Assembly: GCA_052426225.1 (NCBI GenBank)
Contig: JBNJNM010000021.1
Coordinates: 2,108,001 to 2,172,000, forward strand
Reading direction: 5' to 3'
DNA: 64,000 nt
Source: Zancudomyces culisetae HAW-14-8
Lineage: Eukaryota; Fungi; Kickxellomycota
The notes below the pieces were generated by a model. That model had not been told where the DNA came from, ran no database searches, and saw only the letters and a list, made by a program, of their open reading frames with translations. Both the position numbers and the translations under genes were made by a program. Below are positions 23,981-35,229 of this stretch, in pieces; the stretch's first letter is position 1, and every line of letters starts with the position of its first letter.

Positions 23981-26900
23981 CTTATTCCTTACCTATCCCC
24001 GCGCACTAATACCTATTTATTTATTTCCACACTCGTTCAACCTCGATGCATACCGCAGCAAGTTTGATTATTCTCTTGATCTTAAACTCTTGTTGTTTTA
24101 CATTTGAAAATGCTGGTGCTAACAACATGTTCTTTTCATATACTTGTTTGAGGAGAACAGTTTACGTTTATATTAATAATTATGATTATTTTACAATCGA
24201 CATGCATTTAATAGCGCCATAATATCTGCTTTAGCTGCACTTATTACAAATCCTCATATGATTCTATTGCCATACTTAAACTTTATTTCTTTCAATTAGC
24301 AATTTATAACTATTCCACCAATAACAGCCTAATAAGTGAATAGGTCCAAACTTATTCAATTTATTTATAAATAAGCAAAATACATATTCACCATGTGATG
24401 AGATTTGAGGAAACAACTTGCAATTGGCAATAACCCTAATATCCCCACCAGTCACTCTTTTATCTGTGGATTATACATACATTTTATGAGTATATTCAGC
24501 TTTTCTATAACTTCTCACAACTTTCCACACTCAAACCTACACAAAATAATGAAAATTAGCACACCAATACAATACTGCTATTTTTCACCATACAGATCGC
24601 ATCGATTATTATTTACACTCAGGTTCTACCCAATTTATCTTTTTTTGTTCAAAAAATAATTTAATTTGGTAATAAAATACCCAAAATCAAACAAAATGAT
24701 AATACATCTAGCTTTTTGTTTCGCTGAACTAACCCCTCTCCCTCCTCTCTACCCATTCATGAATTTCATCATTACCACCACCACCGCCTCCCCCAAAAAA
24801 AAGATTAGTGATAAAAATACCAAAAGTGTTGTATCACTTTAATAACTGCTGTTATAAGCGCAGAGCTTGCTATTTTACCTCCTCCTCCCAAAACTTTTCA
24901 TAGTTACATGGCTTTTGTACTGATATCTCCACAAAAGACGTCTCTAGTTACCAACGTTTGCTTTGGCTTTGGACACTAAACAAATAAAAACTACACTTCT
25001 AGTTTCACACTGATTTTTTTTTCGCCATGGAGCACGTATAGCTCATTTGCTTATTTGCCGCTATAACAACAATAAGCAAGAGTAATAACTTTTTTTTTTT
25101 ATCCATCATCTTACTTTCATGTTACTAGAAATACTCTTTCGGAAATCGTCAGCTTGAATTGGTACCTTTATCCCATTTGTGATTATCGTTTCCTGTATCA
25201 TAAAATTTTACTTACAAGTAAACACATTAAATCCATAATAATCTCATTTTTTACATCAATTGATTGAAAAAAACAGGCAAGCTATAAGCCCACTTTAACT
25301 GAACCCAGATGACAATAACAGTCTGCCCAAGGATTATCAATTCATAGTCCTGTATTAAAATATATGGACGTGATCGAAAGCGACATATCACCCATTAAAT
25401 AATAAGCATCCAGATAATCTATTCATCTAAATGTATAAGGATTGAGAATAATGCTATAACCTGAGTATCATTTTCAAAAATAAAAGACGGATGTCTATTT
25501 TTCAAAGCTTCACATAAAAACTGCGAAGAGCCCCAAACTACATTATGTTCATTAATTTTCTTGATCAAATTTACGCAAATAGTAAAAAATTCTGTGTTTA
25601 GATTGGCTTGTTTATGAAATCTAAAAAAATTATGCCAGATTACTCCACATGGCTGAAAGTGCTAAAATTGCATTGAAAATAATAACAACATCAATTTAAA
25701 ATAGCTAATGCCCAACCGTTCCTAGTGAGAGTCGGGAATTTCTAAAATAATAACAAAAACAAATAATTGAATAGTCAAAAAAAGGAGTGATATACGTATT
25801 GGTCAATTAGTAGCTCTACAAATATTCGATATCCGATATGTGAATTTATTCACCACTGTACGACATTCTAGACAGACACATTAATAGAAATATCATTGAA
25901 TTCCACCTCACTCGCTTCTACTCTGTAAACTTGGTGTTGGGTGATATGATACTATTTGCCTTTATCTATTCCCATCTCATTTCCACTCTTATACCATACC
26001 TTGCTTTGTTTGACTTTTTTATATCACAAGCGTACAAAATGTTACACAGTCGTAATAAATCCTGAGTTTTTTACTCTTACAATTCAGTATTTTTCGCTAT
26101 TACTACAGACACACTCTGCGTTTCGGAGATTTGTGTGGTATCTATTTTTATGAGTTTGTGAGTTTGTGAGTTTGTGAGTGATAATAATAGCATTAATAAT
26201 GACTAACTGCTAGTATATTGTCAGTTTTGATAGCCAATAAATGGCATAATGTTCAAATACAAACATGTAAATAGAACACTCGATAAAAGTACAGTCTGGG
26301 CATTAATGCTATACCATTTCATGTTTGACTATTTCTCAATAGTAGTGTATGTAGTTGTAGCGCATTGGATCTTGTTTTGTCCATTTGTACTTTTTTTGTT
26401 CATTTTCTGTTGTTTGCTACTTTTTAGTGACGATAGAAATTAAAAATGAGGTATATCAACTACTACCTCAGCCAATATCGTTGTTTACTAAACAACGTTC
26501 AATGTGGTGTGTATTCTGGTACTTGGTTGATTTGAACCATGTAAAAATGCAGAAAAAGTCACAGAATACATTTTGAAATGCTGGTTGTAGATACGGTGGT
26601 TGTTTGAAAAAGTATATTTTTTGGATCAGTTTGTTACTGAAAAAAACAGAAGAGTTAGATATTGTTGGGTTGTTAGTGCATATCCTAGCTCATTGACCAT
26701 TAGTTATTAATTACCAACCATTATTCACTGATCTACTTTTGATATTCTTTGGTGAAACACTCGAGTACGTGTTTTGAAGGAAGAAACAGATCAAAAATTG
26801 TATACTAAGTGTTTTGTAATCCATAAATGTATTCGTTATGGCTATTTAGTCCAAATACACATCCATTTACCAACCTTAATTATCCAAACATGTAAACAGA

Positions 26901-27569
26901 AAGCTCTTAGTATTTTGCACAAAATTAAAAGACCCATTATAAAAGTGATGGAAATTGAAGATGGTTTAGAATTTCAAAGATCCTTTTTAAATACCAAAAC
27001 TTTATCTGGCTTTAAAACCACCACATTTGATTGCTGCAGTTCAACCAGTAAACGTCATTGGTAAAGCTAAGATTTGGTAAGAATATAAATGGACATAGTA
27101 GTAGATAAATTACACTGAGGAAAATGGAAAGTGGAAAGTGGAAAGTGGAAAGTGGAAAGTGGAAAGTGGAAAGTGGAAAGTGGAAAGTGGAAAGTGCAAA
27201 ATGAAACAATGCTTATAAAGACCTTTGGAAGTTAAAATGTTACAAGGATCGAGAATACAATGTGTTATATTTCATTACTCACAAACAGTTTGTCTAAAAG
27301 ATGCCTTTATAAAACATTAGTGGATAATTTCAAGGAACAGGTACAATGATCTTTTAAAAAGTACATGGTTTAAGATATGAACTGAGTTTTAAGAAGCAAA
27401 GTAAATGTAGATTAAATAGCATTACAAATATACGCATACACAAATATACGCATACACAAATATACGCATACACAAATATACACATACACAAATATACACA
27501 TACACAAATATACACAAATATACACATAGTCATACACATATACAAATATATACATACATCCAAAACAGA

Positions 27570-27577
27570 TATAAATA
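27570..27577 (+). promoter_or_regulatory. TATA box of peptide-precursor gene, copy 2
   Basis: TATAAATA about 125 nt upstream of ATG 27703. Confidence 0.65.
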
Positions 27578-27702
27578 CCCTTCACTACATCCTTTATTTT
27601 ATTATCTACACACAATATCAATTGATACAAAACCGTTTGATACAAACAAAACAAAACAATACAATACAAAACACCATCTACACTCAAGTAAAAACCACAA
27701 AA

Positions 27703-28065
27703 ATGAGAATCTCAGCAGCTACATTTATGACCGCCGGATTGGTTACAGGGGTGCTTTCTATGCCAGCGGCACCAATCAATGTCCAAGACAACAGCGGATT
27801 GCCAAGAGACACACCAGTTACTGGAAACTCAAACATGGTGCCAGTAATTATGGTTGGGAACGGAGAAGCAGCCAGTGATCGTGCAATCATGACAAAGTTG
27901 AAGGAGGAAATGCAGTCACCAGATACAGGCAAATCAGAAAAGGCAGCAGAGGTTGTCCAGTACTTGGACCAGATGTTTAGTGAAGAACAGGCACACTTAC
28001 AAAAGAGATTGGGGTCAACATACAAGTACTACAGCTCAGCGAGAATCTTGTACTACTGGCTTTAG
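27703..28065 (+). CDS. Secreted prepro-peptide precursor, copy 2 (identical to copy 1)
   Basis: Same translation as 12324-12686. Confidence 0.85.
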   Translation: MRISAATFMTAGLVTGVLSMPAAPINVQDNSGLPRDTPVTGNSNMVPVIMVGNGEAASDRAIMTKLKEEMQSPDTGKSEKAAEVVQYLDQMFSEEQAHLQKRLGSTYKYYSSARILYYWL

Positions 28066-28711
28066 TAAAAGAATGAATGAGTCAAAAAGAAGAAGGGAAT
28101 GGAGAGGGTGTGATTTTTGAAACGCTGTATCATCAACACACTATGACCATTACTATGACTATTACTATGACTATTACCATCACATTGGCATTTTACATGT
28201 TTTAGCATTATCTGAATGTCACATAATTGATTTATTTTGTATCTGATGTTTGTTTTAGGTTAGGTATTTAAATAATCAATAAACTGATTTATACTCGAGT
28301 ACATAAGCTTGAGCGCCTGGTTTTACATTTAAGCCGAAATATGACTGCTGAGTAGTGGGTATATGCGACTTTTACTACTCAGTAGTAACACAGCGTGTCA
28401 TATTACGTCCATGGCTTAAACATGATATACTCTACATCATTTATTATAGGAACTATGTGTAAATTCGTATCTTTGGTACACTTTACCATTTTACGAGATT
28501 AGTGACCTTATCACCTTTCTGACAATTTTTTCCCGAATTGAATTTCTGGCATTTCAAACCTTTACCCCGCTTTATTTGTTGTCTCCACTTTTCCAAAAAT
28601 AAAGGATACAACCCAGCCAAGAAACCAAAAATTGTATTCTATTTAAATACTTATTGTTTCTCTTTTGGTTTGCGTTTTAAAGCGCCAAGGCTCAATGTTA
28701 GTATCGTACAA

Positions 28712-31546
28712 ATGGATGGTGTAAAGAGAACAAACAAATATCAACACGTGAAGAGCAGTGGGTATGGGGTTAGATCGCCCACAACCTATACAAATTCTAG
28801 GAAAGGTACGGCTACAAAAGATAGTGACGAGTCAATCCCGCCTCAAAAGCTCTCGTTGATTGGAGTTGGCCCCAAAAACCCAGAGAAAAATGATGGAGGC
28901 AATAATCAGACTAAAAAGACAGGAATACCAACAACAAACATAGCATCAATCAAAAAAATCCCTACCATTCGACGTGACGGTGATGCTTCATATACCAAAC
29001 CATCCGACGATCTTAAAGCCAAAGGTGCAAGCGGGACAGAAAGAAAAACATTTCAACCCAGCGTTCGAAAAACGGCTGTAACGAATACATTTACTTCATC
29101 GATGCGTACTGACACTGGAAAGGTGGATCGCTCGGTTTTTTCTACTAGGGCAAACGTTACCAGAGTTGGTTCTCAACAGACAAATGCACAAGGTACCACG
29201 GTAGGTAGAGATCTGGTATCTAAAGACACAAATCTCTCACTCTCGAAGATTTCTCCAGAGTTTAACAAGAATCCTGTTTTGAATACAAACAAAGTTTCGT
29301 CTCAACAGGGCCTTGCTGTGGAACGGAGGTACACAAGAAATAACACAATAAACACTTTAAATAAAAACGTTAGTGACACGGCGACGAGATCAGTGCAAAG
29401 TAAAAATAATTTTAGGGCTGGAGCAGCAAGCTTGCACACATCTACTACTGATAAGGGGAAAACCGAGGTGGTTAAGCCATGGAGAGTAAAGCAGAGAAAG
29501 ATGGACGAAAACGAAATATTCCAGCAGATGATACAGAGAGCACGGAAAGAAGGAAGGCTAAATTTAAGCAATAGAGGCTTGAAAGAAATTCCTAAGGCAG
29601 TGTATGACATGTATGAAGCACAGAGGAGCGCTATAGATATGGATTTGGGCACAGATTCCACCGAAAAATGGTGGGAAAATGAGGCAATGACATACATGAA
29701 CTTTTCAGGGAATGAAATTGAGATGGTAGAGGAGAAAATAAGTGTATTCAACTCTCTGGAGCATCTTGATCTCAGTTATAACTTAATTAAAGAGCTACCC
29801 ACGAGTTTTGGCGAGTTTAATTACTTAACTGTTGTATCTCTTGCAGGAAACAAATTTACTGAGTTTCCAAGTGTACTCACAGAACTGGAAGGTATAGAGG
29901 AGGTATATTTGCAAAGAAATGAGATATCCATTCTACCTAGTGATATGGGCGGCTTAAAGAAAAGTTTGAAGATACTAGATCTTTCGAACAACAAGATTGA
30001 GAAGGTCAAGAGCCAACTGGAAGGTATGCAGGTATTAAAGAAGGTTGAGCTGAGCAACAACACTATCACCGAGATGCCAAGGGGTGTAGATTGGCTAAGA
30101 GGCGTGGAGGAACTAGGTTTATCAAACAATAAACTTGAGTATTTATTTCAATTTGGGGATTCTGTTGATGGCGAAATTGGACTGGATAATATTGTGTACC
30201 TAGATGCCAGTGGAAATGAACTGAGAAGCCTTTTTAAAGATGAGGCGAACCAAGATAAAATCCGATTTCCAAATCTATCGACATTAATGCTTTCTAAAAA
30301 CAATATGACAAAAATGCCATGTGTGATCAATCCGTTGCAGATGCCAAGATTGACCATACTCTCTATCGCGGAGAATGGAATTGAGGATATTTCGGGTATA
30401 TTTAGCCAGCATGGAGACGGAAAGTTAAAGTTGAGAAGGATTGACATATCCAACAATCGTATAAAGCGCTTGCCGAGAGAGTTGATAAAACAGTGTGACG
30501 ATTTGATTGGAGTTGACTTTGAGGGTAACCCACTTTCAGCTAGGCCACAGGGAACGACACGAAGCCATCTAGAGGCGCACTTTAAAAGGTTTGAGGGGAT
30601 GTCGGGGGCGGGCGATGAAAGAAGAAGTGATATCGATGTTGAGTGGATGGATATTGATAAAAACGAACAGAGGATAGGTGGTGGGGGAGGTGTGCACGAA
30701 ATGGTTCAAGAAACAATGGAAGACAAGTGTGATAAAAAGCTAAAGGCTTTGGTTGAAAGTGTTGGAGGAAAGACCATGGATCTGTCAGAAAAGCTGGATG
30801 TTTTGAAGCTTGATGAAGCCAATGGTTCAGATATCAGTATCAAGACTTTATTGGATGCGGTAAAGAATCAGAATATTGGAGTTGATGTTAGAAAATTGGT
30901 TTTGAAGAACAATCGATTAGAAAAAATACCCCTGGAGGTGGTTGAATTAATATGTATCATGAACACAGGTGAACTGGAAGAAATAGATTTAAGTAACAAT
31001 CAGCTGTTGAACGTTGACGAACTTTATGAAGTTTTGAGTAATGAAAACATGAGTCTAGTTGGTCAAAAGCTAGCAAAAACAAAGGTGTTAAATCTATCAA
31101 ACAATAAGATATCACACTTTGGAGGTTTGAACCATTATGGTAACAAAGAAAGAGTGTTAAAACTGGGACAAGTATTTCCAGAGTTAAGAGAGTTGGATTT
31201 GAGCAACAACAGATTAACAGATATTGGAACACGTGAAAACAGCCAAGACAAAGATGACGCAAAATGTACACTGAGAGAAACAATACTAAATACTAGGCTA
31301 CTAGAAACATTGCGATTGAAGAAGAACATGATTGAAGATATAAATAACTTTGGCGTGTTGGAGGGATTAGTGAATGTGGACTTGTCTGATAATGAGATCC
31401 GTGCAATTCCGCCAGAACTAGGATTTGTGGCTAGTATAAAACACCTGCAACTTGAAGGAAATAGATTCAGAGTACCTAAAAGACAGATTTTAGAAAAAGG
31501 AACAGAGGCAACTATGAGTTGGTTAAGAGATAGGTGTGTTTTATAA
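28712..31546 (+). CDS. Leucine-rich repeat protein, LRRC40-like, with a disordered basic N-terminus
   Basis: Many LxxLxLSxNxI repeats. C-terminal LQLEGNRFRVPKRQILEKGTEATMSWLRDR matches the LRRC40-type cap. First in-frame ATG at 28712. Confidence 0.85.
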   Translation: MDGVKRTNKYQHVKSSGYGVRSPTTYTNSRKGTATKDSDESIPPQKLSLIGVGPKNPEKNDGGNNQTKKTGIPTTNIASIKKIPTIRRDGDASYTKPSDDLKAKGASGTERKTFQPSVRKTAVTNTFTSSMRTDTGKVDRSVFSTRANVTRVGSQQTNAQGTTVGRDLVSKDTNLSLSKISPEFNKNPVLNTNKVSSQQGLAVERRYTRNNTINTLNKNVSDTATRSVQSKNNFRAGAASLHTSTTDKGKTEVVKPWRVKQRKMDENEIFQQMIQRARKEGRLNLSNRGLKEIPKAVYDMYEAQRSAIDMDLGTDSTEKWWENEAMTYMNFSGNEIEMVEEKISVFNSLEHLDLSYNLIKELPTSFGEFNYLTVVSLAGNKFTEFPSVLTELEGIEEVYLQRNEISILPSDMGGLKKSLKILDLSNNKIEKVKSQLEGMQVLKKVELSNNTITEMPRGVDWLRGVEELGLSNNKLEYLFQFGDSVDGEIGLDNIVYLDASGNELRSLFKDEANQDKIRFPNLSTLMLSKNNMTKMPCVINPLQMPRLTILSIAENGIEDISGIFSQHGDGKLKLRRIDISNNRIKRLPRELIKQCDDLIGVDFEGNPLSARPQGTTRSHLEAHFKRFEGMSGAGDERRSDIDVEWMDIDKNEQRIGGGGGVHEMVQETMEDKCDKKLKALVESVGGKTMDLSEKLDVLKLDEANGSDISIKTLLDAVKNQNIGVDVRKLVLKNNRLEKIPLEVVELICIMNTGELEEIDLSNNQLLNVDELYEVLSNENMSLVGQKLAKTKVLNLSNNKISHFGGLNHYGNKERVLKLGQVFPELRELDLSNNRLTDIGTRENSQDKDDAKCTLRETILNTRLLETLRLKKNMIEDINNFGVLEGLVNVDLSDNEIRAIPPELGFVASIKHLQLEGNRFRVPKRQILEKGTEATMSWLRDRCVL

Positions 31547-31569
31547 CCATTTCTATTACGTTTTTACTG

Positions 31570-32970
31570 TTAATAAAACTTGAAATAGTTCTTGGCAGTC
31601 GTCTTTTTAGTGCCATCAACTGAAGTTGGGAATAGAATACCCATAATGGATTGTTTAGTGTTCTCAGTTTGTGGGCTGCTACTGGTGTTGGCGGTTGTGG
31701 AAACAGTTGGCCAAGCGATTGGATTCATGGGCTGGGGTTTCAATTTATTTTCGGCAATCATACGGCCCAAATCTTGCCACATCTCCTGCCATTTTGGCAC
31801 AGGTTGCTCAACATACCACTGAGAAACCCAGAATCCCACAAACCTGATGTCCTTAAAAATCAGGAATGACGCTGGAATAACCAGTGGTAGCTTTGACATG
31901 GCACCGTAGGTCACATAGTAGGATTTGTTCGCCAGCATTTTGGCCATTTCGATTGAGCCGGTTTTGTTTTTTATTCCACCTCCAACACAGTTGATTCCCA
32001 GCTTGATCAAACCTTTCTTTGACAATGCCAACACTTGCAAATATGTATCAGATGGCGATTTGTTGCCTGCCACCAGCTCAGAATCCTTAATCACAATATC
32101 CGCCCCCAGTTTACACAACTGCGCCTTCGTTTCCTCAAAGTTTTCCCGATCCCTTACCACATTGATGGTTTTGAGACCAAGTTCTTTAGCTATTTGTATT
32201 ACATACTGACCCGCTGATCCGTTGGCCCCATTTTGTATTACGTACTGGTCTTCCTGCTTCCCATCCTTTTTTGCTTGCATAAAATCACTTAGCATTCTAT
32301 ACGCTGTTGAACCGTTTACTTTGACTGTCGATAGGTCCTCAGGAGTAATCATTTTGGCTGTTTTAGCACTAGCAATGGTGCTGGATTCGCTTTTATTGTC
32401 GATTTCATTCGTTTCTGCGGGCCTGATTCTAACAAGATCTTCAACGTCCGCGTACGCATATTCGGACCATGTCCCCAAGGACCCAGGATACCTTGGTGCC
32501 ACCCAGTCACCTACTTTTATTTCATCCTTTATTGCCGAATCGATTTTTACCACCTGCGCAACGCCCTCGTTTCCCCCTATATAGCCCATAAGCTTTTCGC
32601 CACTATCGGCATCTACGTATTCCTGTGGTTTTTTCTTAATAGGGTACACTCCTTCGACTTGATTTATATCAGAGGGATTTATAGGTGCTGCCAACATCTT
32701 TATCAACACTTTATTTTTGCCCGAACTGTCCAGTTTTATGTTTAGTACTTTTACTTTTTCGCTCAGAGGCCTTTTTTCGCCCCGAGCTCCGTCACTTTTC
32801 TGTATTTCATCTACTTCTATTACTACAGCTTTTGTTGAACTTATCCTTGAACTGATTGATGTAGAAAAGTGCTTTGTAGATCCAAGTCTAAATTCTGTAG
32901 CTTGCACAAGCTGCGATTTTAAACATATGCTAGTGCCCTGGAGGCGTTTAAGATTGTGCAGTTTGAGCAT
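31570..32970 (-). CDS. ETR1: Mitochondrial trans-2-enoyl-ACP/CoA reductase (MDR family)
   Basis: LAAPINPSDINQVEGVYP, GGNEGV, TAYRMLSDF, IQNGANGSAGQYVIQ, VTYGAMSK, IFKDIRFVGFW; mitochondrial presequence. Confidence 0.92.
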   Translation of the reverse strand: MLKLHNLKRLQGTSICLKSQLVQATEFRLGSTKHFSTSISSRISSTKAVVIEVDEIQKSDGARGEKRPLSEKVKVLNIKLDSSGKNKVLIKMLAAPINPSDINQVEGVYPIKKKPQEYVDADSGEKLMGYIGGNEGVAQVVKIDSAIKDEIKVGDWVAPRYPGSLGTWSEYAYADVEDLVRIRPAETNEIDNKSESSTIASAKTAKMITPEDLSTVKVNGSTAYRMLSDFMQAKKDGKQEDQYVIQNGANGSAGQYVIQIAKELGLKTINVVRDRENFEETKAQLCKLGADIVIKDSELVAGNKSPSDTYLQVLALSKKGLIKLGINCVGGGIKNKTGSIEMAKMLANKSYYVTYGAMSKLPLVIPASFLIFKDIRFVGFWVSQWYVEQPVPKWQEMWQDLGRMIAENKLKPQPMNPIAWPTVSTTANTSSSPQTENTKQSIMGILFPTSVDGTKKTTAKNYFKFY

Positions 32971-33355
32971 TTTGCAAAATTTATTTATTACTCTCGCTTT
33001 CCCTAGAATTTCTCTTGTTGTCCTTTGAATATCGTAGCTTTGAGACTCCGATACTTTGATATTTCAATGTTTTGGTTTGTAAATCGGTAGAGATAAATTA
33101 AGGCCGTTTTTGAATTCCAGTTAAACAAAATCACTTTTTCTCTGCAACAATTTACAAAAAAAAAAGCTAAAACCCACAGATAAGCATCCTCATTGGTAGT
33201 GGAAAAAATGAAACTGGTTTTGGAAACACTGTTGACGCTTATACCATCCCCATCATTTCGTGAGCATGAAAATCAACTCTAATCACAAATATTGTAAAAA
33301 AGAAAGAAAAATCTATAGAGCAAATCAATATACTATTAACTAGACACCTAAAGGA

Positions 33356-34824
33356 CTAGTAATCGTCATCCAGCTCATCTAAAAGGTCTTGTAGCTCCTT
33401 ATCTTCGTCGGCCGTCAAGCCGTTTGGTGCTATATCCTGGTTATTCAATGGTATGTTTGCCGGCACATCGTCATTTTTGAAAGAAAACAAATCAGGAACA
33501 CTCCACGCTTTTACATAGCCATCAATAGAACCTGTAAGCACAGTGGGTTCGTTTTTATTCAAATTGACAAGAAGTATGGATTCGATGGAGTCTAAGTGTG
33601 CCTCGAGCATAGACTTGTCACTATCTGATTTCCAAATATGCAGGTTTCCCTCTTTATCTCCAGCTAGAAAAAGGTTGTTGTAAGGTTGTTGAGGAATAAC
33701 CAAAACGGATTTTATCGGATCGGTGTGTTCAAATTTCGTTTGGGCTTTAGTATTGTTAAGTTTATCGAATTCCAATGCAAATTTATCTGCAGATCCTGTC
33801 CAAATAGAGTTATCAGTTACATTGATGCTGTAAACACTGGTCAAATGACCGGAATATATGGTGTGTTTCTTTGTTAAACGCCTGTTTGTATTTTCATCAT
33901 TTGGGTTTTCAAGCTCCCATCGTATTACTTTAGAATCAGACCCTACAGAATACAACTCATCATTTACGAGAAGTTTGTTAATGGGGCCTCTGATCAGCTG
34001 GTCGTCTTTAATCGTTTGGATAGGCCGGATTGAAACAGGTTTGCTGTTGGCATTTGTGTTCTCTGTGCTGCTACTGGGTATAGCTGCGCTGTAGTCCCAA
34101 ACTTTGATGGTCTTATCCGAAGAGCCTGAATACATTGTCTGGGTGTGTAAATCCACCTCTAAGCATTTTATAAAATCCGAGTGACCATCGAATACTGCCA
34201 CTGTTTGTTGTGTCTATATTAATAATTTTATTATTATACGCAATTGTTATTATCATTTTAAAATAAACACACTCTTTCATAAAGCAACCCCCAGAATAAA
34301 ATAAAATAAAATAAAATAAAATAAAAGCTCTCCTAAATATATAGATTAAAGAAAACACTTACTTGGGGGTCCCACATTCTGATTGTTTTGTCCCACGAGC
34401 CAGTCAATACATATTCTGGCACTTCCTGCTCTGTACTATCGGTATTGCCCTTCGCATATTTTGGAACTACACCAATGCACGTAACCGGGCCTTTGTGTCC
34501 TCTTAATACGATTTGTTTGCATTTATCATCGCCCTACAATCATTAATAGTTAAAAAGGTTAAGCCTGTGGACACCAAAGAGTTGGATTTGGCTAAAAAGA
34601 AGAAAAGTAGCTGTACTTACAACTGAAATTTTTCTAGCTGTAAAATCTCCCAATCCAACCCAAACAGTCATTTTATTCCTATCGTCCAAGCTTTTGGCCA
34701 TACTTAGGATCTTTGCCTTGACATTTGTACCTGTCTTACCCAAATCTCTCTCGAGCAGATTCTGGAGCTTGACAAGCCTTTGTTTTTCTTTTTCAATTTG
34801 TTGATTTGATTGGAAAAACGCCAT
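33356..34824 (-). CDS. WD40-repeat protein, multi-exon
   Basis: GHKGPVTC...LTGSWDKTIRMWD, GHSDFIKCL...YSGSSDKTIKVWD, GHLTSVYSI, LTGSIDGYVKAW; two introns between ~34620 and ~34210. Confidence 0.85.
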
Positions 34825-35229
34825 CTTTTAGTGCAGTTGCCTATATCTAATATATGTATATATTCATTTATTGTCTTGGATCTAACTGGAGTGGGAACTA
34901 AATACAGCCTAAATATTTCTTTTTGCAGTTAGGATTTTATCCCTCAAAAGAGTATAATAAAGGATTGCTAGATGAAGTTTGATTGATGTTCAATTGCATT
35001 TGCTGATTTTGTTTATTTTTTTATTAATGGGAACTCAGATCTGAACAGCCAATATCTATGTAAAAAATTATATATAAATGTCTTGATCAACCCAACAAGT
35101 GTGATGTTCTGAAAAAATACAATTTACAAGACACAAAAGTCAAAAACAAAAGAAAAAAACATAAACCAACGAACCAAAATGCTAAACAAGTAGTCATTGA
35201 TAAGAACCATTCATTCATGCCAAAGTCAG

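Larger units (their letters stand above)
25780..28426. repeat. Right arm of 2,647-bp inverted repeat (diverged homology extends to ~28481)
   Basis: Reverse complement of 11963-14609. Confidence 0.97.

Noticed and set aside
11963-28426. IR arms as terminal inverted repeats of a DNA transposon, or a MAT locus
   Set aside because: No transposase, recombinase, target-site duplication or HMG/homeodomain gene seen; the enclosed genes are conserved housekeeping genes
28538-28711. ORF-track N-terminal extensions from TTG/GTG starts (also at 36721-36807, 12687-12767 and 19877-19921)
   Set aside because: Eukaryotic genes; the first in-frame ATG in an A-rich context was used instead
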